Of a stretch of 64,000 nt of DNA, positions 17,619-28,229 are shown in pieces. Numbering within the stretch: the stretch's first letter is position 1; each line of letters begins with the position of its first letter. Position numbers and translations under genes: made by a program. The stretch comes from Bacilli bacterium (GTDB lineage: Bacteria > Bacillota_I > Bacilli_A > RFN20 > CAG-826): positions 96,001 to 160,000 of the forward strand of contig JAZQOV010000006.1 of assembly GCA_045628045.1 (NCBI GenBank), in the 5' to 3' direction. The notes below the pieces were generated by a model. That model searched no databases, was not told the origin of the DNA, and worked only from the letters and a program-made list of their open reading frames with translations.

Positions 17619-19451
17619 CTACCTTTTTAGTTTCAATATCATTGCCCCAAATGAAGCAATTTTAAGTGTAATTTTGTATGGTTTTCCATAAGGACCACCT
17701 TTGGTGGTTTTTACTGGTAAACCATTGTATTGGTTATTTCCACTATAAACATCTTTATCGGAATTAAAGATTTCTTCATAGCTTCCATTAACATTGACTC
17801 CAATGTCGTAATTTTCATAAAAATTTGGAGTCATATTAAAAACACAAACAAAATGATCTTTATCATCAAAACGCTCAAACGCAAAAACAGATTGTTCTTT
17901 GTTGTCCACCATTAACCAATCAAAGTTATTTGGGTTATATTCGTTTAAATAAAGAGCAGGTTCGTGTTGATAAATCAAATTTAAGTCCCTTACTAATCTA
18001 GTGAAGGAATCATGAGTTGGATAAGATTTTAAATTCCACGCAAGAGATTTTTGTTCATCCCATTCATCAAAAGATGCGATTTCATTTCCCATAAAATTGA
18101 GTTTTTTACCTGGATGAGCAAATTGATAAGTTAAAAGATTACGACATAAAGCAAACTTCTGATTGTAATCTCCCCACATCTTATTAATTAATGTTCCTTT
18201 TCCAAAAACGACTTCGTCGTGTGAGAAAGGAAGCATAAAGTTTTCGTTAAAATAATAAGCCATTGAGAAGGTGATTTTGCCATGTTCATATTTCTTATAA
18301 ATAGGATCTTTAGAGTAATAGTTTAAAGTATCATTCATCCAACCAAGATCCCATTTATAATCAAAACCGAGTCCATTTTCAGTTGTTGGTTTTGTAACTC
18401 CATAAAAATCTGTGGAATCTTCTGCAATCATCATTAACGAGCAATGTCTATCGTGAAGTCTCGCATTAGTTCTTTTGATAAATTCAATAGCACCATCGTT
18501 AGTTCCTAAATCTTTGTTACCGAAATTAAAAATAATATGCGAAACAGCATCAATTCTAAAGCCATCAACGTGCATTTCTGTGGCGTAATAATTCATCGCA
18601 GACATTAAAAATGATCTGACTGGGTCTTTGCCTAAATCAAAGTAAACGCTTCCCCATTCAGAAATTCTTTTCTTTGGATTTGATGATTCATATAAATATG
18701 AACCATCATAATTATATAAAGCCCACGCATCTTTAGCAAAATGAACAGGTGCAAAATCCATAATTACACCAATACCAGCTTGGTGACATCTGTCGATAAA
18801 TGACATAAGTTGTTTTGGATTACCGTATTTTGAATCAGCGGCAAAAAATCCTGTGGCTTGATAACCCCAGCTTCTATCAAATGGATGTTGATAGATTGGC
18901 ATTAATTCAATATGGGTAAACCCATTTTCTTTAATATAAGGAATAATAGAATCTGCAATTTCTTCATATGAAAAGAAACGATTTTCTTGAGGTTTTTTCC
19001 AGCTTCCAAGATGTACTTCGTAAATTGACATTGCTTTATCAAAACATCTTGTTCTAGCTTTCATCCAGATTTCATCATGCCAAATGAAACCTTTGTAATC
19101 AAAAAGTTTGCTGGCTGTATTTGGACGATATTCCGAAAAGAATGCAAAAGGGTCAATTTTATCTACATATTTTCCTTTTGAATTTTTAAAATGAAATTTG
19201 TAGGTTTGATAATCCTTTAAACCTCTAACAAAGACTTCCCAAACGCCTGAATCATCAATTTTGCTCATTTTATGAGCAGAAACATCCCAGTTATTGAATT
19301 CACCAATTACTGAAACATCGTCTGCGCCAGGAGCATAAACTCTAAATGTTACGCCTTTGTAACGACCTTTTTTCTCAAAATGTGCGCCGAAAAATGTGTA
19401 CGCATCAATTGATTGACCAAATAAGAAATCGTACAACAAACCGTATGCCAT
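17619..19451 (-). CDS. glgB: 1,4-alpha-glucan branching enzyme (GH13_9)
   Basis: Start revised to ATG 19451 (MAYGLL); the listed upstream GTG region contains the -10. IYEVHLGSW, SWGYQ, FRIDAV, AEDST, FSHDEVV, HPGKKL. Confidence 0.95.
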   Translation of the reverse strand: MAYGLLYDFLFGQSIDAYTFFGAHFEKKGRYKGVTFRVYAPGADDVSVIGEFNNWDVSAHKMSKIDDSGVWEVFVRGLKDYQTYKFHFKNSKGKYVDKIDPFAFFSEYRPNTASKLFDYKGFIWHDEIWMKARTRCFDKAMSIYEVHLGSWKKPQENRFFSYEEIADSIIPYIKENGFTHIELMPIYQHPFDRSWGYQATGFFAADSKYGNPKQLMSFIDRCHQAGIGVIMDFAPVHFAKDAWALYNYDGSYLYESSNPKKRISEWGSVYFDLGKDPVRSFLMSAMNYYATEMHVDGFRIDAVSHIIFNFGNKDLGTNDGAIEFIKRTNARLHDRHCSLMMIAEDSTDFYGVTKPTTENGLGFDYKWDLGWMNDTLNYYSKDPIYKKYEHGKITFSMAYYFNENFMLPFSHDEVVFGKGTLINKMWGDYNQKFALCRNLLTYQFAHPGKKLNFMGNEIASFDEWDEQKSLAWNLKSYPTHDSFTRLVRDLNLIYQHEPALYLNEYNPNNFDWLMVDNKEQSVFAFERFDDKDHFVCVFNMTPNFYENYDIGVNVNGSYEEIFNSDKDVYSGNNQYNGLPVKTTKGGPYGKPYKITLKIASFGAMILKLKR

Positions 19452-19558
19452 ATTACAATAATCATACCACAAAAAATATTAGGTGATAAATAAAATTTAT
19501 ATCATTTGAAAATAAAGCTAATTTAACTTATAATAACAGCAATTAAGAAGGTAAATTT

Positions 19559-20752
19559 ATGGCAAAAGTAATGGCAGTTAACGCAGGATCATCAAGTTTA
19601 AAATTTAAACTTTTTGAAATGCCTGAAGAAAAAGTTTTATGTTCCGGAAACGCTGAAAGAATTGGTCACGAAGACGCAATTTTCGGTATGAAATGGAACG
19701 GAGAAAGTGAAAAGAAAACTCTTCCTATTTTGGATCATGCTCGTGCAGTCGAATTAGTTGTAGAAGCTATGCTTGAAAAAGGAATTGTTAAAGATATGAA
19801 TGAAATTGTCGCAGTTGGACATCGTATCGTTCAAGGCGGTAAATATTTCAGCAAATCAGAATTATTTAATGAAGATACAGAAGCAAAGATTGAATCACTC
19901 ATTCCACTTGCGCCACTTCATAACAAAGCTCACTTAGTCGGTTTTAGAGCTTTCAAAAAAATTCTTCCAAATGTCACAAACGTTGCAGTTTTTGATACTG
20001 CTTTTCACCAAACAATGGAACCAGAAGATTACGTATTTCCAATCCCATACGAATTCACTGAAAAATACGATTGCAGGCGTTATGGAGCACACGGAACTTC
20101 ACACAAATATTTAAGCGAAAAAGCACTCAAATATTTACCTGGAATTAAGAACCCAAAAATCATCTCTTGTCACATCGGTTCTGGAGCATCAATTACAGCC
20201 ATAAAAGATGGCAAATGTGTTGCTACATCCATGGGGCTTACACCTTTAGGTGGAATTATGATGGGAACACGTACAGGCGACCTAGATCCAAGCGTTATGA
20301 ATTACCTTTGCAAATGCACTGGAAAATCAGTTGAAGAAATGTATCAAATTTTTAACAAACAATCGGGCTTCCAAGGCGTGTCAGAAGTAAGTAACGATTC
20401 ACGTGATGTTATCGCTGCAGCAGAAGCAGGTAACGAGCATGCAAAATTAGCTATCAGATTGTTCACAAGACGTGTTGCAGATTTCATTGGTCAATACTTC
20501 GTTCGTTTAGGTGGTGCTGACTTAATTATTTTCTCAGCAGGAATTGGCGAAAACTCATATTCATCTAGAGAAGATATTTGTAAAGAAATTGCTCCAGCCT
20601 TAGGAATTGATATTGACTACGAACTTAACAAAAAGATTCGTGGAGAAGAAGCTTTAATTTCGACACCAAAATCAAAGATTAAAGTCGCAATTATTCCAAC
20701 TGATGAAGAAGTTATGATTGCCCGCGATACATTTGCGTTTTACAAAAAATAA
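19559..20752 (+). CDS. ackA: Acetate kinase
   Basis: NAGSSSLKF, GHRIVQGG, APLHN, FDTAFH, RRYGAHGTSH, IPTDEE. Confidence 0.97.
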   Translation: MAKVMAVNAGSSSLKFKLFEMPEEKVLCSGNAERIGHEDAIFGMKWNGESEKKTLPILDHARAVELVVEAMLEKGIVKDMNEIVAVGHRIVQGGKYFSKSELFNEDTEAKIESLIPLAPLHNKAHLVGFRAFKKILPNVTNVAVFDTAFHQTMEPEDYVFPIPYEFTEKYDCRRYGAHGTSHKYLSEKALKYLPGIKNPKIISCHIGSGASITAIKDGKCVATSMGLTPLGGIMMGTRTGDLDPSVMNYLCKCTGKSVEEMYQIFNKQSGFQGVSEVSNDSRDVIAAAEAGNEHAKLAIRLFTRRVADFIGQYFVRLGGADLIIFSAGIGENSYSSREDICKEIAPALGIDIDYELNKKIRGEEALISTPKSKIKVAIIPTDEEVMIARDTFAFYKK

Positions 20753-20768
20753 GATATTACAAAATAAT

Positions 20769-20796
20769 AAAGGGAGGATTCATTCCTCTCTTTTTT
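20769..20796 (+). terminator. Intrinsic terminator after ackA
   Basis: AGGGAGGA-TTCAT-TCCTCTCT followed by TTTTT. Confidence 0.75.
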
Positions 20797-20846
20797 GTTA
20801 TAAAACTTGAAAGAAAAGAAATAATCTTGTAATATACTCTATTCCT

Positions 20847-21830
20847 ATGGAAAAGATTGTATTAAATAGAATTAAGAATTACACAAAACAAATAGACGTT
20901 TTATTCAAAAAAATTAAACAATTTGATCGAATCGCCGTCTTTAGACATGACCACCCAGATTATGATGCTTTAGGCTCACAAATGGGTTTTGTGTCTTTTT
21001 TAAAAGACAACTTTAAAGACAAAGAAGTTATTTATGTTGGCGATGACCATGTTGCATTAACCGGAAAATGCTTCCCAAAAATGCAAAAAGTTAAAGATGA
21101 ATGGTTTGAAAAACCTTTCCTTGCAATTGTTCTTGATTTAAGCACATCAGATAGAAGTTGCGATGATCGTTTTACAAAAGCAACTTGCGTCGCAAAAATT
21201 GACCACCACCCTGATGTTGATAAATATGGAGATATTCAAATCGTTGACCCTTCAATGATTGCTGTTGGAGAACTATTAGCATGTATCTTCCTTTATAAAG
21301 GAAAGTACACCATTTCTAGTAAAACAGCTTCGTATTTATTTAAGGCGATTGTTGGAGATTCTGGAAGATTTTTGTATGCAGAAACTTCAGAATTAACTTT
21401 CTTTGTTACTCAAAAGCTTCTTCAAACTGGATTTAATATGAAGAAAGCCTACAACGAAATGTATGAAGAAAAACTTTCAGACCTTGAAGTAAGAAAGTTC
21501 ATTCTTCAAAATTATAAGATTACAAAACACGGTATTGCCTACTACATCCTTAAGGATGAGGATTTAAAAAGATTTAATCTTGTTCCAATTCAAGGCAAAG
21601 ATAATGTTAACTTATTTGCTCATTTTAAAGGTATAAATGCTTGGATGAGCTGTACCGAGGATAAAGCAAAAGGCAATTGGAGAATATCTATTAGAAGTGC
21701 TGATAAATCCATTGAAGATATTGCGATGAAATACAAAGGCGGAGGCCATGCAAACGCATCCGGATGTAAAGTAAAAACCCTTAAGGATTTTGAAAATTTA
21801 GTTAAAGATTTAGACAAACTTTTTAAATAA
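20847..21830 (+). CDS. nrnA: DHH/DHHA1 nanoRNase / pAp phosphatase
   Basis: HxxPDxDALGSQ, IDHH, GDSGRF, SIRS and GGGHANASG; sits upstream of dnaE as in Bacilli. Confidence 0.9.
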   Translation: MEKIVLNRIKNYTKQIDVLFKKIKQFDRIAVFRHDHPDYDALGSQMGFVSFLKDNFKDKEVIYVGDDHVALTGKCFPKMQKVKDEWFEKPFLAIVLDLSTSDRSCDDRFTKATCVAKIDHHPDVDKYGDIQIVDPSMIAVGELLACIFLYKGKYTISSKTASYLFKAIVGDSGRFLYAETSELTFFVTQKLLQTGFNMKKAYNEMYEEKLSDLEVRKFILQNYKITKHGIAYYILKDEDLKRFNLVPIQGKDNVNLFAHFKGINAWMSCTEDKAKGNWRISIRSADKSIEDIAMKYKGGGHANASGCKVKTLKDFENLVKDLDKLFK

Positions 21831-22523
21831 ATGCTCATCTATTTTATCCGTCACGGAAACCCTTGTTACGAACCTGATTCTCTTACTCCAAGAGGACATT
21901 ATGAAGCAGAAGAAACTGCTAAATTTTTGTTAACAAGAAACATTGAAAAAATTTATTCTTCTGACTCAGCTAGAGCCTATGAAACTGCCGAACATTTTGC
22001 AAATCTTTCAAAGAAAGAAATTACAAAAATGCATTGGGCAAGTGAATATGTTTCTGGCGAATATTTTGGTACTATGATTAACGGATATTTTGAATTTTTC
22101 GACACTGCAAAACAATATCGTGAAGCATGCGCTCGTGACCAGGATGATCCTGAATGGTATAAACACAAACCTTGGTGCGATATGCGAATGAAAGAAGGCT
22201 CAGATTACTTTGATAAAGAAATTGATGCTTGGCTTGAAAGCATGAACGTTATTCACGATAGAGAAAAGAAAGAATTTTACACTAAAGGACAAACTCCTGA
22301 ATCAGTTGCACTATTCTCTCACGGCGGAGTTGGAATGAAATTCTTAACTTCAATGTTAGATATTAATCTTGTTAAGTTCCCAATTCTCTTTAGAGGATTC
22401 GATACTTGTAGCGTTACAGTGTTTGAAATCTCGCTTGAAGATTCACACAAATGTCGTTTAGTAACCTTCAACAAAGTTGTCTACGATATTGATGATTCTA
22501 TCAAGAAAGAAATGAAGGTTTAG
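21831..22523 (+). CDS. Histidine phosphatase (phosphoglycerate mutase superfamily)
   Basis: N-terminal FIRHG, YSSDSARAYETA and FSHGG. Confidence 0.85.
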   Translation: MLIYFIRHGNPCYEPDSLTPRGHYEAEETAKFLLTRNIEKIYSSDSARAYETAEHFANLSKKEITKMHWASEYVSGEYFGTMINGYFEFFDTAKQYREACARDQDDPEWYKHKPWCDMRMKEGSDYFDKEIDAWLESMNVIHDREKKEFYTKGQTPESVALFSHGGVGMKFLTSMLDINLVKFPILFRGFDTCSVTVFEISLEDSHKCRLVTFNKVVYDIDDSIKKEMKV

Positions 22524-22535
22524 TAAATATGTTAT

Positions 22536-22562
22536 AAAGGTGTCAATTATTTGATACCTTTT
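22536..22562 (+). terminator. Intrinsic terminator
   Basis: AAAGGTGTCAA-TTAT-TTGATACCTTT followed by a T-rich tract. Confidence 0.75.
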
Positions 22563-22598
22563 ATTTTTATTTAATATAATTAATGCTACACTATTAGT

Positions 22599-25500
22599 AT
22601 GCCTTTTGTCCCACTTCATGTTTATAGCGGTTATTCTTTGCTTAAATCTGGTCTTAAAATCGACCAGTATTTAGACGTCGCTAAAAAGAGGGGATTAACC
22701 ACCGTTGGCATTTCTGATTTTTCTACTTTTACCGGTGCACCAATTTTATACCATGAAGCTGAAAAAAGAGGTTTAAAGGTAATTCTTGGGGAAGATTTAG
22801 TTATTGAAAACTTGCTTTTCTCATTTTTTGTTCTTAGTGAACAAGGTTATCAAAATCTTCTTAAACTTTCACTTGAAGTAGAAAAAGGAAACAACCTAAA
22901 AGATGTTATTTTAGAGCATAACGAAGGATTAGCAGTTGTTTTAACAACTCAAAACGATCCTCTTAAAGCATCCTTACTTGCTAGTGAAGACGACTTTGCC
23001 AAAAGATTAGCAAAGCTAACTCGTGGAATCGATAATTTCTACTTAGGTTTAGAAATCACAAACGAAAAAACTTATATTGAAGCAATAAGAGAATTTGCTT
23101 TTTCACATGGCTATAAGCTGTTAGCTTACCCATCAATTAAATACGTTAAAAAAGAAGATGCAATTGTCCTTGAAATGATGAAGGCAATTGATTCAAAAGA
23201 AGTTTTAGAAACTAAAAGTTTAGAGGGAGATGAGTACTTAAAAACTCCTGAAGAAATCGCAAATCTTTACACTGAAGAAGAACTTAAAAATATCGACGAA
23301 TTAGTTTCACTTGTGAACTTTGATTTTGCAAAGCCAAGAGGAAAAATGATTTCTTGGTTTAATGTTACAGGAGAAAAAGGTGACGATGCTTTAGCCAGAC
23401 TTGCAAGGCAAGGGCTTGAAGAAAAAGGTAAAACTTCACCTGAATACATCTCTAGATTAGAGTTTGAATTAAACACAATTAAGCAAATGGGTTATAGCGA
23501 TTATTTTTTAATTGTTAAAGACTACATTGATTTTGCAAAAACTCACGATATCGCTGTCGGTCCAGGACGTGGCTCCGCCGCCGGCTCTCTTGTTTCGTAT
23601 GCTTTAGGAATTACAGTTCCAGATCCACTTCAATATGACCTTCTTTTCGAACGTTTCTTAAATCCTGCTCGTCAAACAATGCCAGATATCGACGTTGACT
23701 TTAGTGATATTCATCGTGAGGAAATCGTTTCATATTTACGTTCAAAATATGGAAGCAATCATGTTGCAAGAATTCAAGCTGTTCAAACATTAGGCGCCAA
23801 AGCTGCTTTAAACGATGTAGGCAGAATCTTTAATTATGACAAACATGACATAGAGATGTTTACAAAGTTAATTAAAGATGAAAAAGACGACAAATTGTCA
23901 CTTAGAGAAATTTATAAAACAAACGCTAAATTTAGAGAACTTGTAAATAACGACAAATATTATTTAGAGATTGTCACTCTTGCAAGCAAGATTGAAGGAC
24001 TTCCAAGACAAGGTTCTCTTCACGCTGTTGGTATCGTTTTAAATGCTGAACCTCTAGAAGGCGTTATCCCACTTTCAAATGCTTTCGACGGAGGTTATGT
24101 CGAGCAATTTGAAAAAGACTATATTGAAGAACAAGGATTTCTAAAAATGGACATCCTTGCACTTCGAAACATTACAATTGTTGAAGATTGTTTAGCTTTG
24201 CTAAATGCTAAAGGGATTAAGATTAATAGAGATGAAATTCCTTATGATGACCCTGCTGGAATTAAGTTAATTGCATCAGGGAAAACAACTGGTTTGTTCC
24301 AAGTTGATACCGCTACAATGAGAAAAGGTATCGCTTCACTTAAACCAAAAACTTTCGAAGATGTTGTCGCCTTACTTGCGTTAAATAGACCAGGCCCAAT
24401 GGCTTTCATTAAAAACTATGCTGATCGTAGAGATGGAAAAGAAAAATATTCTTATCTCTCAGAAGCTTTAAAAAATATTCTTGGACCAACTTATGGAATT
24501 ATTGTTTATCAAGAGCAAATCATGCAAATAGCCTCGAAAATGGCGGGATTTTCGCTTGGAGAAGCAGATTCTTTCCGTAGAGCAGTATCCAAAAAAGACA
24601 GCAAAAAACTTGAGGCTCTACGTTCATCATTTGTAAAAGGCGCAGTTAATAAAGGTTATAAACAAGATGAGGCAAATAACGTTTTTAACCTCATTGATAA
24701 ATTCGCAAATTATGGTTTCAACCGTTCACACTCGCTCGTTTACGCAATATTTACAGGTCGTATGGCGTACCTAAAGGCGCATTATCCGAAAGAATTCTAC
24801 ACATCAATTCTCGCTAATGCTTCCACCACCGAATTTAATAACACAATTGCGGAAATGAAGGCACTTAAAATTAAAGTCAAATGTCCTGACATAAATGAAT
24901 CTGGTATGGCTTTCAAACTTCAAGGTGATAGCATTCTTTTCCCAATTACCTCTGTAAGAGGTGTTTCAAGTGTAACAGCTCAAAATATCGAAATTGAAAG
25001 AGCAAATGGACCTTTTAAAGATTTATTTGATTTTGTTATAAGAATGAAAAAGTACCGCTTTAGCGATGCTCAATTAATTAGTCTTATTGACGCTGGATGT
25101 TTCGATTCTATTGAACCATCACGTGCTTCTCTTAGACTTACTATTCCTAATGCACTTAGCTACGCTGGAGCATTACTTGATGATCAAGGTTTACTTAGTA
25201 TTGATCCAAGCTTCCTTCCTAAACCAACAATTATAAAAACCGATGATGATCTTATAGATAATCTAAACCGTGAATTTAATGCTCTTGGTTTAATGGTATC
25301 TGGTTCACCACTTGATGCTTATCAAACAAAGATAAAATCTTTGAAAGCAAAACATTTAGACGAAATTACTAGTTCAACTGGTGATATAAAAATTGTTGGA
25401 ATTATCAAAAATATCAAAAAAATCACCACAAAGAAGAAACAGCAAATGGCTTACATAACCATTTATGATGATACATTGGAAACTGAGCTTACTGTTTTCC

Positions 25501-25625
25501 CAGAAGCTTACAATAAATCTATTTCAAGCATTAAGAAAAATAATATTGTCGTGGTTGAAGGCTATTATCGTTCACTTAAAGACGAATTCTCAGTAACTAG
25601 AGTTACTTCATTGGAGGAAAAGTAA
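22599..25625 (+). CDS. dnaE: DNA polymerase III alpha subunit (DnaE type)
   Basis: GPGRGSAAGS, FERFLNP, PDIDVDF, KMDIL, YGFNRSH and a C-terminal OB fold; PHP metal ligands degenerate. Confidence 0.96.
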   Translation: MPFVPLHVYSGYSLLKSGLKIDQYLDVAKKRGLTTVGISDFSTFTGAPILYHEAEKRGLKVILGEDLVIENLLFSFFVLSEQGYQNLLKLSLEVEKGNNLKDVILEHNEGLAVVLTTQNDPLKASLLASEDDFAKRLAKLTRGIDNFYLGLEITNEKTYIEAIREFAFSHGYKLLAYPSIKYVKKEDAIVLEMMKAIDSKEVLETKSLEGDEYLKTPEEIANLYTEEELKNIDELVSLVNFDFAKPRGKMISWFNVTGEKGDDALARLARQGLEEKGKTSPEYISRLEFELNTIKQMGYSDYFLIVKDYIDFAKTHDIAVGPGRGSAAGSLVSYALGITVPDPLQYDLLFERFLNPARQTMPDIDVDFSDIHREEIVSYLRSKYGSNHVARIQAVQTLGAKAALNDVGRIFNYDKHDIEMFTKLIKDEKDDKLSLREIYKTNAKFRELVNNDKYYLEIVTLASKIEGLPRQGSLHAVGIVLNAEPLEGVIPLSNAFDGGYVEQFEKDYIEEQGFLKMDILALRNITIVEDCLALLNAKGIKINRDEIPYDDPAGIKLIASGKTTGLFQVDTATMRKGIASLKPKTFEDVVALLALNRPGPMAFIKNYADRRDGKEKYSYLSEALKNILGPTYGIIVYQEQIMQIASKMAGFSLGEADSFRRAVSKKDSKKLEALRSSFVKGAVNKGYKQDEANNVFNLIDKFANYGFNRSHSLVYAIFTGRMAYLKAHYPKEFYTSILANASTTEFNNTIAEMKALKIKVKCPDINESGMAFKLQGDSILFPITSVRGVSSVTAQNIEIERANGPFKDLFDFVIRMKKYRFSDAQLISLIDAGCFDSIEPSRASLRLTIPNALSYAGALLDDQGLLSIDPSFLPKPTIIKTDDDLIDNLNREFNALGLMVSGSPLDAYQTKIKSLKAKHLDEITSSTGDIKIVGIIKNIKKITTKKKQQMAYITIYDDTLETELTVFPEAYNKSISSIKKNNIVVVEGYYRSLKDEFSVTRVTSLEEK

Positions 25626-28229
25626 ATGAATAAAATTTATATTGTTGATGGCAACTCATTACTTTTTAGAGCTTATTTCGCTACTGCTGCTATGCAGGGC
25701 GACAACATCATGAGAGCTCACGATGGTACTCCAACTAATGGTGTTTTTGCATTTGCAAACATGATTAACAAAATCCTCCAAGGAATGAAAGAAGGGGATT
25801 CTATATTTGTTGGATTTGATACAGGACATCAAACTTTTAGACATAAAGAAGACGAAAATTACAAAGCAAATAGAAAACCTTGTCCAGAAGATTTAAAAAC
25901 ACAAATGCCTCTTGCAAGACAATTCCTTACATCAATGGGTATTTTCTGGTACGAAAAAGAAGGATACGAAGCTGATGACTTATGTGGAACTGTCGCAAAA
26001 CTAGGAAGTGCAAATAAAAAAGATGTTCAAATCTACACATCTGATAAAGATTTTCTTCAATTAATTGATGAAAACGTTACAGTTAATTTAATTAAAACTG
26101 GCATGTCTAATGTCGATGTTATGAATACAAAAACAATGCCAGAAAAATTTGGATTTTCTCCACTTCAAATCATTGACTATAAAGGGTTAAGGGGCGACTC
26201 ATCCGATAACCTTCCAGGTATACCTGGAGTCGGCGATAAAACCGCAGTAAAACTAATCCAAGAGTTTGGATCTTTTGAAGCAATTGTTGAAGCTGCTAAA
26301 GATATGAAATCTAAAGTTGGAGAATCAATTGTTCAAAATCAAGACTTAGGAAGACATTGCTACGAAATGGCAAAGATTGAAACTAATGTTGAAATTCCAT
26401 TTGGGCTTGATGAAATTGTCTATACTGGCTACGAATTTGGAAAAATTAATGACTTCTGTAATTCGCTAGACATGAAACAAATTTTAAATAGACTTCCTCA
26501 AAGCTACAAAAAGATGAATGTTGAAGAATTGACAAAAGTTGAATACGAAGAAGTTAATTCCTTGGATGATGTAGAAATTGAAGATGAAATTGCAATCGCA
26601 CTAGACATTGAACCTGGCAATTATCACGAGGCTTTAGTGCACGGAATGGCACTTGTTGGCAAATCAAAAATCGTTTATATTCGCGAGGAAAATTTCAAAA
26701 ATACCGGCAAATTTGCGGATATTTTAGCAAATCCATCTATCAAAAAATATTGTTACGATTATAAATCAATTAAGGTTGCTTTATCACATTTAGGATTTGA
26801 AATTGAAAGCTTATATTTTGATGTCCTTCTTGCTGCATATCTTCTTGATTCAACGCTAAATAATAACGCTGAACAAATAATGAATTATCTCGGTTCTGAT
26901 ATCTCATCAAAAGAAAATGGGTTATCTCTTTTCGACAATTCAAATCCGGAGCGCACTGCTAAACTTGCTTTCGCATCCAAAAAAGTTGCAAATAAGTGCT
27001 TCGCTGAACTTGAAAAATTGGAATGCAAAAAACTTTATGAAGAAGTTGAAATTCCTTTAGCAAGCGTTTTAGCAGAAATTGAAATTGAAGGCTTCCCACT
27101 TCATGAGGATGTTCTTTTAAAAATGGGAGAAAACTTCAAAATCAATCTTAACAATATTCGCACAAGAATATTTGAAATGGCGGGCGAAGAATTTAATGTT
27201 GATTCACCAAAACAGGTTGGCGAAATTTTATACAACAAACTTCATTTGGCAGATCCTTCAAAAGGAATGTCTACATCTGTCGATGCAATGAAATATATGC
27301 TCGATAAACACCCAATTGTAAGTGAGATTCTATTATATAGAAAATATGCAAAATTATTATCTACTTATGTCGATGGATTAATTGCTCACATTCATGGTGA
27401 TGGCAAAATTCACGCTATCTTTAATCAAGCTTTAACTCAAACAGGAAGATTATCTTCTAGCGAACCAAATTTACAAAATATTTCTGTCCGTGATGAAGAA
27501 GGAAAAATGATCAGAAAAGCTTTCTTCTATGACGATGAAGATATTTCAATTCTTTCCTTAGATTACAGTCAAATTGAATTAAGGATTCTTGCATCGCTTT
27601 CGGGTTGTAAAACATTGCAATCTGTATTTGAATCAGGAGAAGACATCCACGCCGCCACAGCAAAAAAGGTTTTTCACACCGAAAATCCAACCCCGCTTGA
27701 AAGAAGAAAAGCAAAAGCTGTTAACTTCGGAATCATTTATGGAATATCTGATTTTGGTTTAGCAGAACAAATTGGATGTTCTAGAAAAGAAGCTAAAGAA
27801 ATTATTACAAGCTTCTATGAAGCTTATCCTGAAATAAGCAAATACTTCCAAAAAATAAACGAAGAAGTTAATGATAAGGAATGCGTTTCTACCTTACTAG
27901 GAAGAAAACGTTTCTTACGTGAAATTCATGACGCTAACTATCAAGTTAGAGAATTTGCTAGACGTGCTGCAATGAATGCTCCGATCCAAGGAACAGCAGC
28001 AGACTTAATTAAAATTGCAATGATTCAAGTAAATAAGGCTCTTAAGGAACAACATTTGAAGAGCAAGATTATTTGTCAAATTCACGACGAACTTTTGTTA
28101 AAGGTTCCTTCAAGCGAAAAAGAAAAAGTATACGAAATAGTCAAAAATATCATGGAAAATGCCATGAAATTAGATGTCAAACTAGAAGTTGATGGAGGAT
28201 TCGGCCGCACTTGGTACGATTGTAAATAA
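25626..28229 (+). CDS. polA: DNA polymerase I
   Basis: DGNSLLFRAY, EADD and GDSSDNLPGIPGVG (5'-3' exonuclease); TGRLSSSEPNLQN, DYSQIELR, KAVNFGIIYG, QIHDEL. Confidence 0.97.
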   Translation: MNKIYIVDGNSLLFRAYFATAAMQGDNIMRAHDGTPTNGVFAFANMINKILQGMKEGDSIFVGFDTGHQTFRHKEDENYKANRKPCPEDLKTQMPLARQFLTSMGIFWYEKEGYEADDLCGTVAKLGSANKKDVQIYTSDKDFLQLIDENVTVNLIKTGMSNVDVMNTKTMPEKFGFSPLQIIDYKGLRGDSSDNLPGIPGVGDKTAVKLIQEFGSFEAIVEAAKDMKSKVGESIVQNQDLGRHCYEMAKIETNVEIPFGLDEIVYTGYEFGKINDFCNSLDMKQILNRLPQSYKKMNVEELTKVEYEEVNSLDDVEIEDEIAIALDIEPGNYHEALVHGMALVGKSKIVYIREENFKNTGKFADILANPSIKKYCYDYKSIKVALSHLGFEIESLYFDVLLAAYLLDSTLNNNAEQIMNYLGSDISSKENGLSLFDNSNPERTAKLAFASKKVANKCFAELEKLECKKLYEEVEIPLASVLAEIEIEGFPLHEDVLLKMGENFKINLNNIRTRIFEMAGEEFNVDSPKQVGEILYNKLHLADPSKGMSTSVDAMKYMLDKHPIVSEILLYRKYAKLLSTYVDGLIAHIHGDGKIHAIFNQALTQTGRLSSSEPNLQNISVRDEEGKMIRKAFFYDDEDISILSLDYSQIELRILASLSGCKTLQSVFESGEDIHAATAKKVFHTENPTPLERRKAKAVNFGIIYGISDFGLAEQIGCSRKEAKEIITSFYEAYPEISKYFQKINEEVNDKECVSTLLGRKRFLREIHDANYQVREFARRAAMNAPIQGTAADLIKIAMIQVNKALKEQHLKSKIICQIHDELLLKVPSSEKEKVYEIVKNIMENAMKLDVKLEVDGGFGRTWYDCK

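Noticed and set aside
22599-23300. Degenerate PHP domain of DnaE as a novelty
   Set aside because: Loss of PHP metal ligands is common in Firmicutes DnaE.
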